Below are positions 17,900 to 27,420 of a DNA stretch of 64,000 nt, in pieces. Within the stretch, counting starts at the first letter, position 1. Each line of letters opens with the position of its first letter. The notes beneath the pieces are model-generated. The model was not told the DNA's origin, did no database searches, and saw only the letters and a program-made list of their open reading frames with translations. Source of the stretch: Candidatus Micrarchaeia archaeon (GTDB taxonomy: Archaea > Micrarchaeota > Micrarchaeia > Micrarchaeales > CABMGC01); NCBI GenBank assembly GCA_049964835.1, contig JBMFWW010000001.1, positions 84,942 to 148,941 of the forward strand, read 5' to 3'. The translations under genes and the position numbers were made by a program.

Positions 17900-19674
17900 T
17901 GGAAATAAATTGTAATTCACTAACAGAAAGAGATGTTGGAAAAAAGGTATCACTATTTGGATGGTCAAGATATATACGTGACCACGGTGGCAAGTTATTT
18001 ATAGATCTTGCAGATAGACATGGTACATTACAATTAGTATTAGAAGGGGAAAATTTAAAGAAGGCAGAAGAGATAGGAAAAGAGTATGTTTTGAAGGTCA
18101 CAGGTACAGTTAGGTTAAGGTCTGAAGATACTATAGATAAAGAAAATCCTACTGGAAAAATAGAGCTTTTTGTAGAATCGTTCGAGGTAATAAATAAATC
18201 TAAGATTCCTCCATTCGAATTGATAGAAGAAAAGAAGAAATTTCTTGCTAATGAAGAACTTAGAATGCAATATAGATATCTTGATCTGAGAAGAAGAGAG
18301 ATGATTAAAAACATTGAGTTTAGAGACAAGGTTACAAAAACAATAAGAAAATTTTTATGGTCTAAAGAGTTTTTAGAGCTTGAAACACCAACACTAATAA
18401 AAGATACTTATGAAACAGGATCTAGAACCTTTATAGTTCCATCAAGAACCAATCCAGACAAATTCTATTCTCTCCCGCAATCTCCACAAATTTACAAGCA
18501 ATTATGTATGATTTCTGGGCTTGAGAAGTACTTTCAAGTTGCAAGATGTTATAGGGACGAAGATCCTAGGGAAGATAGACAACCAGAATTTACCCAGATT
18601 GATATTGAGGTCTCATTCAAAGATGAATCGTATATACAGTCATTAATAGAAGAGCTTATTGAGACCGTCTTTAAAGATGTAATGAATAAGAAGTTAAACA
18701 AAAGCTTTAGACATATGCTATACAAAGATGCTATTAAAAATTATGGTTCTGATAAGCCAGACTTGAGATTTGATTCTAAAATACTTGATATAACTGAAGA
18801 AGTGAAGCTGAGTGATTACAATATGTTAAAGCGCGTTATATCAGCTAATGGAACAGTTAAAGCAATGTGTTTTGATGCGAACTTCGGAAAGGAAGATTCA
18901 AAAATTGATAAAAACTACATGCTAAAATTAATAGAACTTACAAAAGAGTTCGGCCTTGGAGGAATGACTTGGTTATATATAAAAGAGGGTAAATTAACTT
19001 CAGAACCTAGCAGTATAGTAACATCCTTGGGAAGTTCGGCAGAGAAAATACAATCAAAACTAAACGCAAAGGAAGGCAATATTATACTCGTCTTTTCTGA
19101 TGTTTCAGAAGCTCTTCTTCTCAATGTAATGGGTAAGATAAGAAATATTGTTGGAACTAAAATAGGCAAGTTTTCAGAAGAGTACTCCTTTTTGTGGATT
19201 GACGAGTTCCCAATGTTTGAAAAGGATGAAATAACTGGAAAGTTAAAACCAGCGCACAATCCGTTTTCATCACCAACAGAAGAAAGCTTTAAGTATCTTA
19301 AAACAGAGCCAGAAAAAGCGGTTGCTCGCCAATATGATTTAGTATTAAACGGATACGAAATAGCAAGCGGTTCAATAAGAATAAAGGATTCAGAGCTTCA
19401 AAGAGAAAGCCTTAAAAAAATGGGAATGTCAGATGAAACAATAAATGAGACATTTGGATTTTTCATAAAGGCATTAGAGTATGGCGCACCAATACACGGC
19501 GGAATAGCATTAGGATTTGATAGATTGGTAACACTTCTTTCAAACTCTGAAAATATACGTGATTTTATACTGTTCCCTAAAAACAAAAAGTATGAATCTC
19601 TTATAGATGGTTCACCAACACTAATAAACAAGAAAAGATTAAAAGATGATTTTGGGATAACAATTAGCAGATAG
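17899..19674 (+). CDS. aspS: Aspartate--tRNA ligase, bacterial type with GAD insertion, probably non-discriminating
   Basis: 591 aa; RDHGG; LPQSPQIYKQL; RCYRDED..DRQPEFTQID; YGSDKPDLR; GSIRI; GAPIHGGIALGFDRL. Confidence 0.95.
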   Translation: MEINCNSLTERDVGKKVSLFGWSRYIRDHGGKLFIDLADRHGTLQLVLEGENLKKAEEIGKEYVLKVTGTVRLRSEDTIDKENPTGKIELFVESFEVINKSKIPPFELIEEKKKFLANEELRMQYRYLDLRRREMIKNIEFRDKVTKTIRKFLWSKEFLELETPTLIKDTYETGSRTFIVPSRTNPDKFYSLPQSPQIYKQLCMISGLEKYFQVARCYRDEDPREDRQPEFTQIDIEVSFKDESYIQSLIEELIETVFKDVMNKKLNKSFRHMLYKDAIKNYGSDKPDLRFDSKILDITEEVKLSDYNMLKRVISANGTVKAMCFDANFGKEDSKIDKNYMLKLIELTKEFGLGGMTWLYIKEGKLTSEPSSIVTSLGSSAEKIQSKLNAKEGNIILVFSDVSEALLLNVMGKIRNIVGTKIGKFSEEYSFLWIDEFPMFEKDEITGKLKPAHNPFSSPTEESFKYLKTEPEKAVARQYDLVLNGYEIASGSIRIKDSELQRESLKKMGMSDETINETFGFFIKALEYGAPIHGGIALGFDRLVTLLSNSENIRDFILFPKNKKYESLIDGSPTLINKKRLKDDFGITISR

Positions 19675-19782
19675 TTATTAATACCTTTTCAAATAAAAGT
19701 ATTTCTTGTATAATACTAATATATATTCACCAAACCCCCAGGCGCGATAATGTTTATAGTTAAAATATTTTTTGACAAAACT

Positions 19783-19842
19783 AATTCTGTACTAAATTCT
19801 GTACTAAATTCTGTACTAAATTCTATGCTAAATTCTATACTA
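19783..19842. repeat. Tandem 12-bp repeat x5 (AATTCTGTACTA)
   Basis: Three perfect copies, then AATTCTATGCTA and AATTCTATACTA. Confidence 0.95.
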
Positions 19843-19903
19843 ACTTATAAATTAAAATCTACTCTTATTTTAAAACAATCTTTTATATTTTTAAGGTGTA
19901 AAA

Positions 19904-20632
19904 ATGTACAATACCTTTGATAAAATAGCATTAATGTGCATGGATGCAAGAATGAATTTTATAGCCGATTCTATTAATGACGGAAAAACCCTTTTTATAA
20001 GAAATGCAGCCGGAACTCCAAATGGTGCAATAAAAACACTAGAAAATATTTTTCTTCAAAATCCAATATCAAAAATAATTTATTATCCACATACTGACTG
20101 TGGTGCCTGTAAATTTACTTATTCACTACTTTCAAAAAAAGAAAGCTCAACAAAAGAGGTGGAAGAGAATCTAGTGTCTATATTAAGAAAAAGCAACCTG
20201 GCCTTCGCTTCTTCAGAAGAAGTAATAAAAGTAGTACATCTTTTGGGTGTTTCATACTTTAAAAATACATATCCTAATCTTAATATTGACACAAAGATTA
20301 TTGATACCTCTACCACAGTTAATGGAGATAAGGCAATGCTTATACTGCCGCCCTCAAGCGAAACTTATAGTCATCTATGTGATAAATTATCTCTTCCTTT
20401 CAAATCAACATATGTATCACAGCACTCATCAATAGAAGAATCTATATGCGATGTGCAGCTTGCGAAGGCAGCTCTAGGTATTAAGAATTTCACAGTACTC
20501 CAAAGACCTAATTTTGCAACAGAAAACGCAATATTAAGATTGAAAGAGGTAATAGGTAAAGAGGCGAATTTAAGAATAATAGTAGATAAAACAATCACAC
20601 AAACGAACAAAAAGCTTCAGAAAATACATTAA
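19904..20632 (+). CDS. Beta-carbonic anhydrase-like protein
   Basis: CMDAR (CxDxR), IRNAAG, HTDCGA (HxxC) Zn ligands. Confidence 0.75.
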   Translation: MYNTFDKIALMCMDARMNFIADSINDGKTLFIRNAAGTPNGAIKTLENIFLQNPISKIIYYPHTDCGACKFTYSLLSKKESSTKEVEENLVSILRKSNLAFASSEEVIKVVHLLGVSYFKNTYPNLNIDTKIIDTSTTVNGDKAMLILPPSSETYSHLCDKLSLPFKSTYVSQHSSIEESICDVQLAKAALGIKNFTVLQRPNFATENAILRLKEVIGKEANLRIIVDKTITQTNKKLQKIH

Positions 20633-20635
20633 ATG

Positions 20636-20738
20636 TAGTTTTCCGAGGGGTGAATCACGCTTAAAGCGCAATTCATGAGAAAAGATTTTGGGATTTGGGT
20701 GGGTTAAAAATAAGTCCTCAATAACCCTCAGAAAACTA
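20636..20738. other. Structured intergenic element with 14-bp terminal inverted repeats (MITE or ncRNA candidate)
   Basis: TAGTTTTCCGAGGG ... CCCTCAGAAAACTA (1 mismatch); internal hairpin TGAAT-CA-CGCT-TAA-AGCG-CA-ATTCA. Confidence 0.5.
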
Positions 20739-20788
20739 TAGTTTATATAAAGCAACATATTTAAATCTTGTTTTCTGGTTTATTTATT

Positions 20789-21586
20789 TCAATACTTTTT
20801 ATTCTGTCTTCCAATTATTTGGCTTAGTCCTTGACCGAGAAGTATTCTGGAATAATCATTCGCAGTTATTTCTACTTTGTCATTAGTTTTTTTCACATTT
20901 GCGAACTCTATTTTAACATAAGAACCAGGATGCATTTCTGCTGCATAAACACTTGAAGATTTCCATAAAGTGACCTTTACCTCATTACTTCCATCACTAA
21001 TACTACATTCAGAAATGCCATTCTGCTTTCCATCAAGATCTCTAAAGTATCTTATTGGGCCAACAGAGAGAATTCTTCCAAGAATATCTATATTCTTTTC
21101 ATCGCCATTTAAATCAGAAAAGTTTGTTTTAATTACTTGGTAAGTAGGAGATACTCTAGATATGTAAGTATTTGGAGTATTCGTGAGTTCAATTTCACCA
21201 TTATTAAGTAAAGTCTTTAAGTTGCTAATCAGTACTCTATCACCTCTTTGTACAAGCATTGTGTCCACAAACTCTGATGATTTATCCCATAATGTGACCC
21301 GTACTGTAACACCTTCATCACCAAGAGCAACAACTCTTCTTTTTCTCATGGTGCCGTTGTTTTCAAATGTTATCTTATTAAATATTCTATAAATATTATC
21401 TTCTATTGTTACTATGTCTGCATTTTTAGGTTTTAATGCATTTAACTCCTTAACAGTTAGCTTCGAATAGCTTTTTAATTGGGTTGCTTTGCGTAACTCC
21501 TCTGCTTTATTTTTACTTATCATTCCCGCATGCTCATCTACTATTTTGTCAATTTCATTTTGAGCATGTTTATCTTGTTCCGTAAT
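20789..21586 (-). CDS. rpa: Replication protein A / SSB with two OB folds
   Basis: Two OB folds (LGDEG..VRVTLWD; ISDGS..VKVTLW); frame is open to 21586 with an RPA-like EIDKIVDEHAGMIS N-terminus; tracked start 21523. Confidence 0.85.
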   Translation of the reverse strand: MTEQDKHAQNEIDKIVDEHAGMISKNKAEELRKATQLKSYSKLTVKELNALKPKNADIVTIEDNIYRIFNKITFENNGTMRKRRVVALGDEGVTVRVTLWDKSSEFVDTMLVQRGDRVLISNLKTLLNNGEIELTNTPNTYISRVSPTYQVIKTNFSDLNGDEKNIDILGRILSVGPIRYFRDLDGKQNGISECSISDGSNEVKVTLWKSSSVYAAEMHPGSYVKIEFANVKKTNDKVEITANDYSRILLGQGLSQIIGRQNKKY

Positions 21587-21645
21587 TACACCCTACTCTT
21601 TATATATTTTTTTAAAAGAACAATTATATAATAATTAGGTATAAA

Positions 21646-23037
21646 ATGTTCCCATTACTGCTTTTAATAATACTTATTCCATTTCTTTCAGGACTTATTA
21701 TTATGGCAACCCCCAAAAATCTTATAAAACTTGTACAGATATCTTCATCTGTAATTACCTTATTACTTTCATTACTACTTGTATGGTCTTTCATCACTTC
21801 AACTTCATTATTTTCTAATTCAATAACATTTTCATATCTGGGCTTTCCAGTAGGTTTTCAAGTAACTCAAATATCTCTCATACTAGTATTAATGTCTAGC
21901 ATAGTATTTACCGCTTCATCAATAGGTGTAGGCTACTTCATAAAAGACAACTTGAAAATATACGGAGTACTTTTTGCGCTTATAGAAGGTTCATCAATAG
22001 CCCTATTTTTATCATCTAATCTTCTCTTATTGTATGTTTTTTGGGAGATGGCCGAGTTCTCAATGTTTTTTATAATATACATGTATGGTTCAAGCAGAAA
22101 ACGTTATGCAGCAATAAAGTTTATTATTTACTCTTTAATTTCTAGTTTATTTCTACTTATCGCTATTCTTCTTCTTTATAGTGGCATAACACCAAATACA
22201 TTTCAAATATCGCAGATAATAGCTACATCAGGTACAATACCGGTGTCATTGCAGGAGCTGATATTAATCTTTCTTCTAATATCATTTATGATAAAAATAC
22301 CTATATTTCCATTCCATAACTGGCTTCCAGATGCACATACAGAAGCGCCTACAACAGGTAGTATGATTTTAGCAGGTGTACTGCTTAAGTTTGGAGGTTA
22401 TGGGTTAATATTAACAAGCCTTATGCTTCCAATATTCAAAACATATTCATTATATCTTGCAGCTATATTTATAATATCTTCATTATATTCGGTTTTTGTA
22501 GCTATAAAGCAAACAAATCTCAAGCGAATAATAGCATATAGCAGCATAACCGATATGGCTATAGTTTCCTTAGGAATAGCAACAGGAACATCACTAGGCG
22601 TACAGGGAGCTTTGTATGGCATGCTAAGTCATGCAATATCAATATCTATGTTATTCTTAATAGCTGGAACATTAAGTGAAGTATACGGAAGCTTGGATCT
22701 TTCAGTTTTGAAAGGCGTAATAAAGAATTTTAGTTCTCTAGCATATCTTTTCATTGCAGGAACCTTTGCCACAGTAGGAATACCATTAACTGCCGGATTT
22801 ATAGCTGATGTATTAATATTTACTGCAGCATTCACTACATTTGGACTGGTATCCTTTGTGCCATTAATTAGCATAATAATACTGGGTGCCATGCTTTTCT
22901 GGGTTATAGAGAGAGTATTTCTTTCTAACAAATCAAAGCCTATAAACATTTTATTAAATAGCGTTTTATACTCTGAAGTATTCCTATTATCTGCTTCTGT
23001 AATACTTGGGGTGCTTCCTGCATTACTGATCCATTAG
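21646..23037 (+). CDS. nuoM: NADH-quinone oxidoreductase subunit M
   Basis: YVFWEM; KIPIFPFHNWLPDAHTEAPTTGSMILAGVLLKFGGYG; LKRIIAYSS. Confidence 0.93.
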   Translation: MFPLLLLIILIPFLSGLIIMATPKNLIKLVQISSSVITLLLSLLLVWSFITSTSLFSNSITFSYLGFPVGFQVTQISLILVLMSSIVFTASSIGVGYFIKDNLKIYGVLFALIEGSSIALFLSSNLLLLYVFWEMAEFSMFFIIYMYGSSRKRYAAIKFIIYSLISSLFLLIAILLLYSGITPNTFQISQIIATSGTIPVSLQELILIFLLISFMIKIPIFPFHNWLPDAHTEAPTTGSMILAGVLLKFGGYGLILTSLMLPIFKTYSLYLAAIFIISSLYSVFVAIKQTNLKRIIAYSSITDMAIVSLGIATGTSLGVQGALYGMLSHAISISMLFLIAGTLSEVYGSLDLSVLKGVIKNFSSLAYLFIAGTFATVGIPLTAGFIADVLIFTAAFTTFGLVSFVPLISIIILGAMLFWVIERVFLSNKSKPINILLNSVLYSEVFLLSASVILGVLPALLIH

Positions 23038-23132
23038 AAAATTCTTATACTTTAAAGTTTTTCAATAAAAAAGAATTAAATTGCTTTCTCATTCTTTATA
23101 AAATCTTTAATTTATTAAATTCAATATTTTAT

Positions 23133-24503
23133 TTATGTTAATCCGATAAGATAAGAAGAAGCACTATTTATAAATGACATAATTGGCTGTGGATATATTC
23201 CGAAGATAATGGTTATAATCAAGCATACTGCAATAACAGTTAAACTTGCTTTGTCTATAACAAAGATCCTTTTTTTATTTCCTTCTGAATACATACTTAG
23301 TATAATCTTTAGATAATAATACAAGGATATTATAGAATTTAGAATTCCGAAAAAGGTTAATATTGCAAGACCTGCAGAGATAGCGCTTAAAAATATTAGA
23401 AACTTACCTACAAAGCCCGTTGTAAGCGGAAGCCCTACCAGGGAAAGCATAAATATAGTTAATGCAATAGCAAGGAACTTATTCTGATCATACATTCCTA
23501 CAACATTATCTATGGTTGTTTTATTATGTTTCTCAAATATTACTATAATTGCCATTATTCCTATAAAAATAAACATATGTGCAAAGATTTGGAAAAGTGA
23601 GCCAGATATTCCGTAGGCAGTTGCAGTAGCTATGCCTATTAAAATATAACCTGCTTGCGATATTGATGAATAAGCCATTATTCTCTTAATGTTTTTTTGC
23701 ATAAGGGCTCCTATATTCCCATAAAACATAGTAAATACAGAAAGTATCGCAACAACATAAAATGCAGAATGTATTGTTATAAACATTAGCAAAAGTATTT
23801 GTATAAGTGCGGCTAATCCTGCTTTTTTATTCATACTTCCCATAAGCGCAGTTACATAACCTGGTGATCCTTCGTATACATCTGGTATCAATACATTAAA
23901 AGGAAATATAGATGCTTCAAAACCAAGTCCAATTATAAATAAAACAGCTGCCATTATCATTATAGATGTGCTTTGACCTTCAACAAGAAGTACTGTGTTG
24001 TTACCTCCATAACTCAACGCCATAGCGAAGGAGAATATCGCTATTGAAATTGCTGCCATTATAAATAACTTTGTTCCGGCTTCAAGGCTCTTTCTAGATA
24101 AAAATATAGAAAATACCGTTGGTATACTTATTAGTTCAAGTCCTATAAATATGCCCGGTATAGAGGTTGATAAAACTACTATACACATACCTATAAATGA
24201 AAAGCTAAGAAGCAAAGAAAACTCATTGTAATTATCTTCAAATTCATAATATAAACTGCTTATTAAAATAGCTCCTGCGCTGAAAATAGCTATAAAGAAC
24301 TCTGAAAATGGGTTTATAGAAAATATTGATAAATAATTATAGTTAATTCCACTCAAATATAAGTAAATTAATGAAATCGATGTTAACGCAAATAAGAAAA
24401 CACTAACTATGAGGTAAGTTTTTTTATTAAAGAATATGCTACTTATTATATTTCCAAAAAGTACAGCACCGAATAAGATTATTAAAAAGTAGAGAATAAT
24501 CAA
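23133..24503 (-). CDS. nuoN: NADH-quinone oxidoreductase subunit N
   Basis: GLELIS; EAGTK; PFNVLIPDVYEGSP; KRIMAYSSISQAGY; SLVGLPLTTGFVGK. Confidence 0.92.
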   Translation of the reverse strand: MIILYFLIILFGAVLFGNIISSIFFNKKTYLIVSVFLFALTSISLIYLYLSGINYNYLSIFSINPFSEFFIAIFSAGAILISSLYYEFEDNYNEFSLLLSFSFIGMCIVVLSTSIPGIFIGLELISIPTVFSIFLSRKSLEAGTKLFIMAAISIAIFSFAMALSYGGNNTVLLVEGQSTSIMIMAAVLFIIGLGFEASIFPFNVLIPDVYEGSPGYVTALMGSMNKKAGLAALIQILLLMFITIHSAFYVVAILSVFTMFYGNIGALMQKNIKRIMAYSSISQAGYILIGIATATAYGISGSLFQIFAHMFIFIGIMAIIVIFEKHNKTTIDNVVGMYDQNKFLAIALTIFMLSLVGLPLTTGFVGKFLIFLSAISAGLAILTFFGILNSIISLYYYLKIILSMYSEGNKKRIFVIDKASLTVIAVCLIITIIFGIYPQPIMSFINSASSYLIGLT

Positions 24504-26263
24504 CTATACACCTTTATTATAAATAATAATATAAATATTAAAATTATTCCTGCAGACAAAACAATTGCATAATAATTTACATTTCCTACAGAAGCTCTTC
24601 TTACTAATTTACCAATGTCAACTGCGCCTTTGCCAATACTATCAAAAAAGCCATTTAAATACTCTTCAAAGTATGAGAAAGCTTCACTGATATTATATAC
24701 AAACATTGTAATATAGGAATAAACTGCATTTGTTAATATCCCATTATTCAGCAAAATTGCAATTGAATGAGACTTTACTTTCAACAATCTTTTTATTATA
24801 TAATAGGATATAACTGCGCCAATTATTGCAATTACACTTTCTATTATCGCATCAGTAATCTTTATTGTGCTTAGTGAAAAGTTATAGCTACCTCCTAATA
24901 CATAACCGAGTAAGTAGAAAAACATAACCGAAGCTAATAATATTAAAATACTACTTATTATCATACTTACGAGCATACTTTTTGGCATAGATTTATATCG
25001 TATTTCTGTATTTACTGTAGGTTTTTTGCTGTTTAAGAACAACCATCTAAACGAGTAAAGGCTTGTTAGGAGTCCTATGAAATTTAGAAAAATATAAATT
25101 ATCAAATTGTTGTAAAAAGATGCACTCAAACCAATATTGGAAAAGAATCCATCAAAAGGTATAAATCCTGCTAATGAAAAAATTCCGAATAATGTAGTTA
25201 TGTAAATTATCTTGTTTGTTTTTAATCCAGAGGTTTTGTCCATATCTACTGTATTTGACGCTTCTATAACAGTTCCTGAACTGAAAAACAAGAGCACTTT
25301 ATAAAAACTCTGTGCAAAAAATAGGTAAATACCTGCAGGTATTGCCCCCCCTGAAAATGCTAGAGCCATAAGCCCAAGTTCTTGCACTGTCGAGTATGCA
25401 ATTACCTTTTTAATATGCTTTTCTTTCAGAGCATTTAATGTTGCAAGAATAACAGTTATTATGGCTATATAAAATATATACACTGTAAAACCAGAGTTAG
25501 TAAAGATTGGAAGCAAAAGAAGTATTGTAAAAACACCTGCCTTTACCATCGTACTTGAATGTAAGAATGCAGAAACGGGAGTAGGTCCTTCCATAGCATC
25601 TGGAAGCCATTCGCTAAATGGGAATTGCGCTGATTTTGTAAATATAGCTATTCCCATAAGAACCGCAACAATTAGTTCAATACTTAAATTATTTTGCAAA
25701 GCAGCAAATACAGTATTGAACTGCAGTGTTCCTGTAGTAGAAAGGACAACAGCTATTGCTCCTAGTATGCATATATCCCCAATAAAAACTGTAGTTATGG
25801 CCTTTCTTCCAGCACGATTAACTATTAGGTCGTTATACCAAAATCCAATTAATAGATAACTTGTCAAGCTAAGAAACTCCCAAGCAATAAACAAAGTTAT
25901 AAAACTATAACTAACTGCAAAAAGAAGCATTGCAGCTTCAAAGGCTATTATCTCTGTATAAAAACGTTTTTGTTGACTTAATATTTTCATATATCCAAAA
26001 GAGTAAAGCAGAACAAGAGGTCCTATTACAAGTATTATACCTAGCAACATAATATTTAATGGAATTACATTTATAGAAAAATTAAGTACATACTTTCCAA
26101 TACTTAATATATTGTATGCATATGTTCCTTGACTTACAAAATAAAGCAATACAAGGCTTGCTAGAGCTCCAATCAAAGCAATATATTTTGAGTAATTTTC
26201 TTTTATTATTTGTATTAGTATTATCGCAGCAAATAACGGAGCTAATAAAAATAATGCATTCAT
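24500..26263 (-). CDS. nuoL: NADH-quinone oxidoreductase subunit L
   Basis: SYLLIGFW; KSAQFPFSEWLPDAMEGPTPVSAFLHSSTMVKAG; KKVIAYST. Confidence 0.95.
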   Translation of the reverse strand: MNALFLLAPLFAAIILIQIIKENYSKYIALIGALASLVLLYFVSQGTYAYNILSIGKYVLNFSINVIPLNIMLLGIILVIGPLVLLYSFGYMKILSQQKRFYTEIIAFEAAMLLFAVSYSFITLFIAWEFLSLTSYLLIGFWYNDLIVNRAGRKAITTVFIGDICILGAIAVVLSTTGTLQFNTVFAALQNNLSIELIVAVLMGIAIFTKSAQFPFSEWLPDAMEGPTPVSAFLHSSTMVKAGVFTILLLLPIFTNSGFTVYIFYIAIITVILATLNALKEKHIKKVIAYSTVQELGLMALAFSGGAIPAGIYLFFAQSFYKVLLFFSSGTVIEASNTVDMDKTSGLKTNKIIYITTLFGIFSLAGFIPFDGFFSNIGLSASFYNNLIIYIFLNFIGLLTSLYSFRWLFLNSKKPTVNTEIRYKSMPKSMLVSMIISSILILLASVMFFYLLGYVLGGSYNFSLSTIKITDAIIESVIAIIGAVISYYIIKRLLKVKSHSIAILLNNGILTNAVYSYITMFVYNISEAFSYFEEYLNGFFDSIGKGAVDIGKLVRRASVGNVNYYAIVLSAGIILIFILLFIIKVYS

Positions 26264-26264
26264 A

Positions 26265-26573
26265 CTACCACTTTAGTTTAGATAACAACTTCACATCAAA
26301 GTCAAATCCATTGGCTTTCATATATACATATATAGAGATCATTGCTATTATTTCAACCGCAGCAACAGACCATACACTAATAAGCCCTACAAATCCCGAT
26401 CCGTTTGGATTTGGAGAGTAAGTAAAGAAGGTTACAAATGCTATTGTACTTGCAAGGAAGATTAGCTCTATTGCAAGCATTATTGTTATGAAGTTCTTCT
26501 CTATTGCTACTCCTGCAATTCCTATACTTAGAAGACCAATGCAAATTGCAATTAAGTAGTATAAATAAATCAT
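26265..26573 (-). CDS. nuoK: NADH-quinone oxidoreductase subunit K
   Basis: 3 TM; MLAIELI; VAAVE; operon position. Confidence 0.9.
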   Translation of the reverse strand: MIYLYYLIAICIGLLSIGIAGVAIEKNFITIMLAIELIFLASTIAFVTFFTYSPNPNGSGFVGLISVWSVAAVEIIAMISIYVYMKANGFDFDVKLLSKLKW

Positions 26574-27055
26574 ATAATCAATTTAACATATTTTCTTATT
26601 ATAATAACACTGCCTATTGCAGTGAGAAATAAGATAATTATTGCCATATATAAAATTGGATAATAATTTTCTAAAGCACTAGAAAAGTATCTTGACATAT
26701 CGATATTATTGCTTGCAGAATTACCTATTCCATAAAGAGATAAAAAGATGCTTACAAAAAGTATAGCAGCTATCATTGTTATTTTTAAAAAATCAAGATT
26801 TTCTATTTTTTTGTATTCGGATGAAACTGCAACTATTAAGTATGTGGACATACCTCCTACAAAAATAAAAAGCTGCAGTAATCCAATAAAGTTCTGCCCT
26901 AACGCAAAGAATATCAATGCGCTCGATCCAAACGCAATAGTAAGCATAAGAACCGCGCGCATTATGCTTTTCTGATAAAAGATAAAAATTCCTGATATTA
27001 TTATTATGAATGAAAACAGTATTAAAAAGATAAATTCATACATAATCTCACTCAA
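26570..27055 (-). CDS. nuoJ: NADH-quinone oxidoreductase subunit J
   Basis: FIGLLQLFIFVGG; 5 TM; operon position. Confidence 0.85.
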   Translation of the reverse strand: MSEIMYEFIFLILFSFIIIISGIFIFYQKSIMRAVLMLTIAFGSSALIFFALGQNFIGLLQLFIFVGGMSTYLIVAVSSEYKKIENLDFLKITMIAAILFVSIFLSLYGIGNSASNNIDMSRYFSSALENYYPILYMAIIILFLTAIGSVIIIRKYVKLII

Positions 27056-27410
27056 GTTCCTCTGGCCTTTTTATGAACTCTCTTTTATCATAGGCCTCAA
27101 GAACCTCATAATTTTTAGTAAGTGTTAAACACTTTGGAGGACAGACCTCTGCACAAAGTGCACAAAATAGACATCTTTCTATTCCTATTTGTGGCATAAC
27201 CTTTTGTCCTTTGTCTGTTATTATGCCAACCATTGTAATTGTGCTATTTGGACATATTAAAGAGCATGCAGAACAGCTAATACAAGTTTCAATATCTAAT
27301 TTGAACATTGATCTGTAGCTATCCGGCAAAGACTCTTTTTCTTCTGGAAATTGAGTAGTGAATCTTTCTTTTCCAAGAGCCTTTACAACTTCTATTATAG
27401 GTTTTATCAT
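27048..27410 (-). CDS. nuoI: NADH-quinone oxidoreductase subunit I (2x[4Fe-4S])
   Basis: CISCSACSLICP and CLFCALCAEVCP. Confidence 0.93.
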   Translation of the reverse strand: MIKPIIEVVKALGKERFTTQFPEEKESLPDSYRSMFKLDIETCISCSACSLICPNSTITMVGIITDKGQKVMPQIGIERCLFCALCAEVCPPKCLTLTKNYEVLEAYDKREFIKRPEELE

Positions 27411-27420
27411 AAATACATCT

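Noticed and set aside
19783..19842. CRISPR array
   Set aside because: The 12-bp units are contiguous with no spacers
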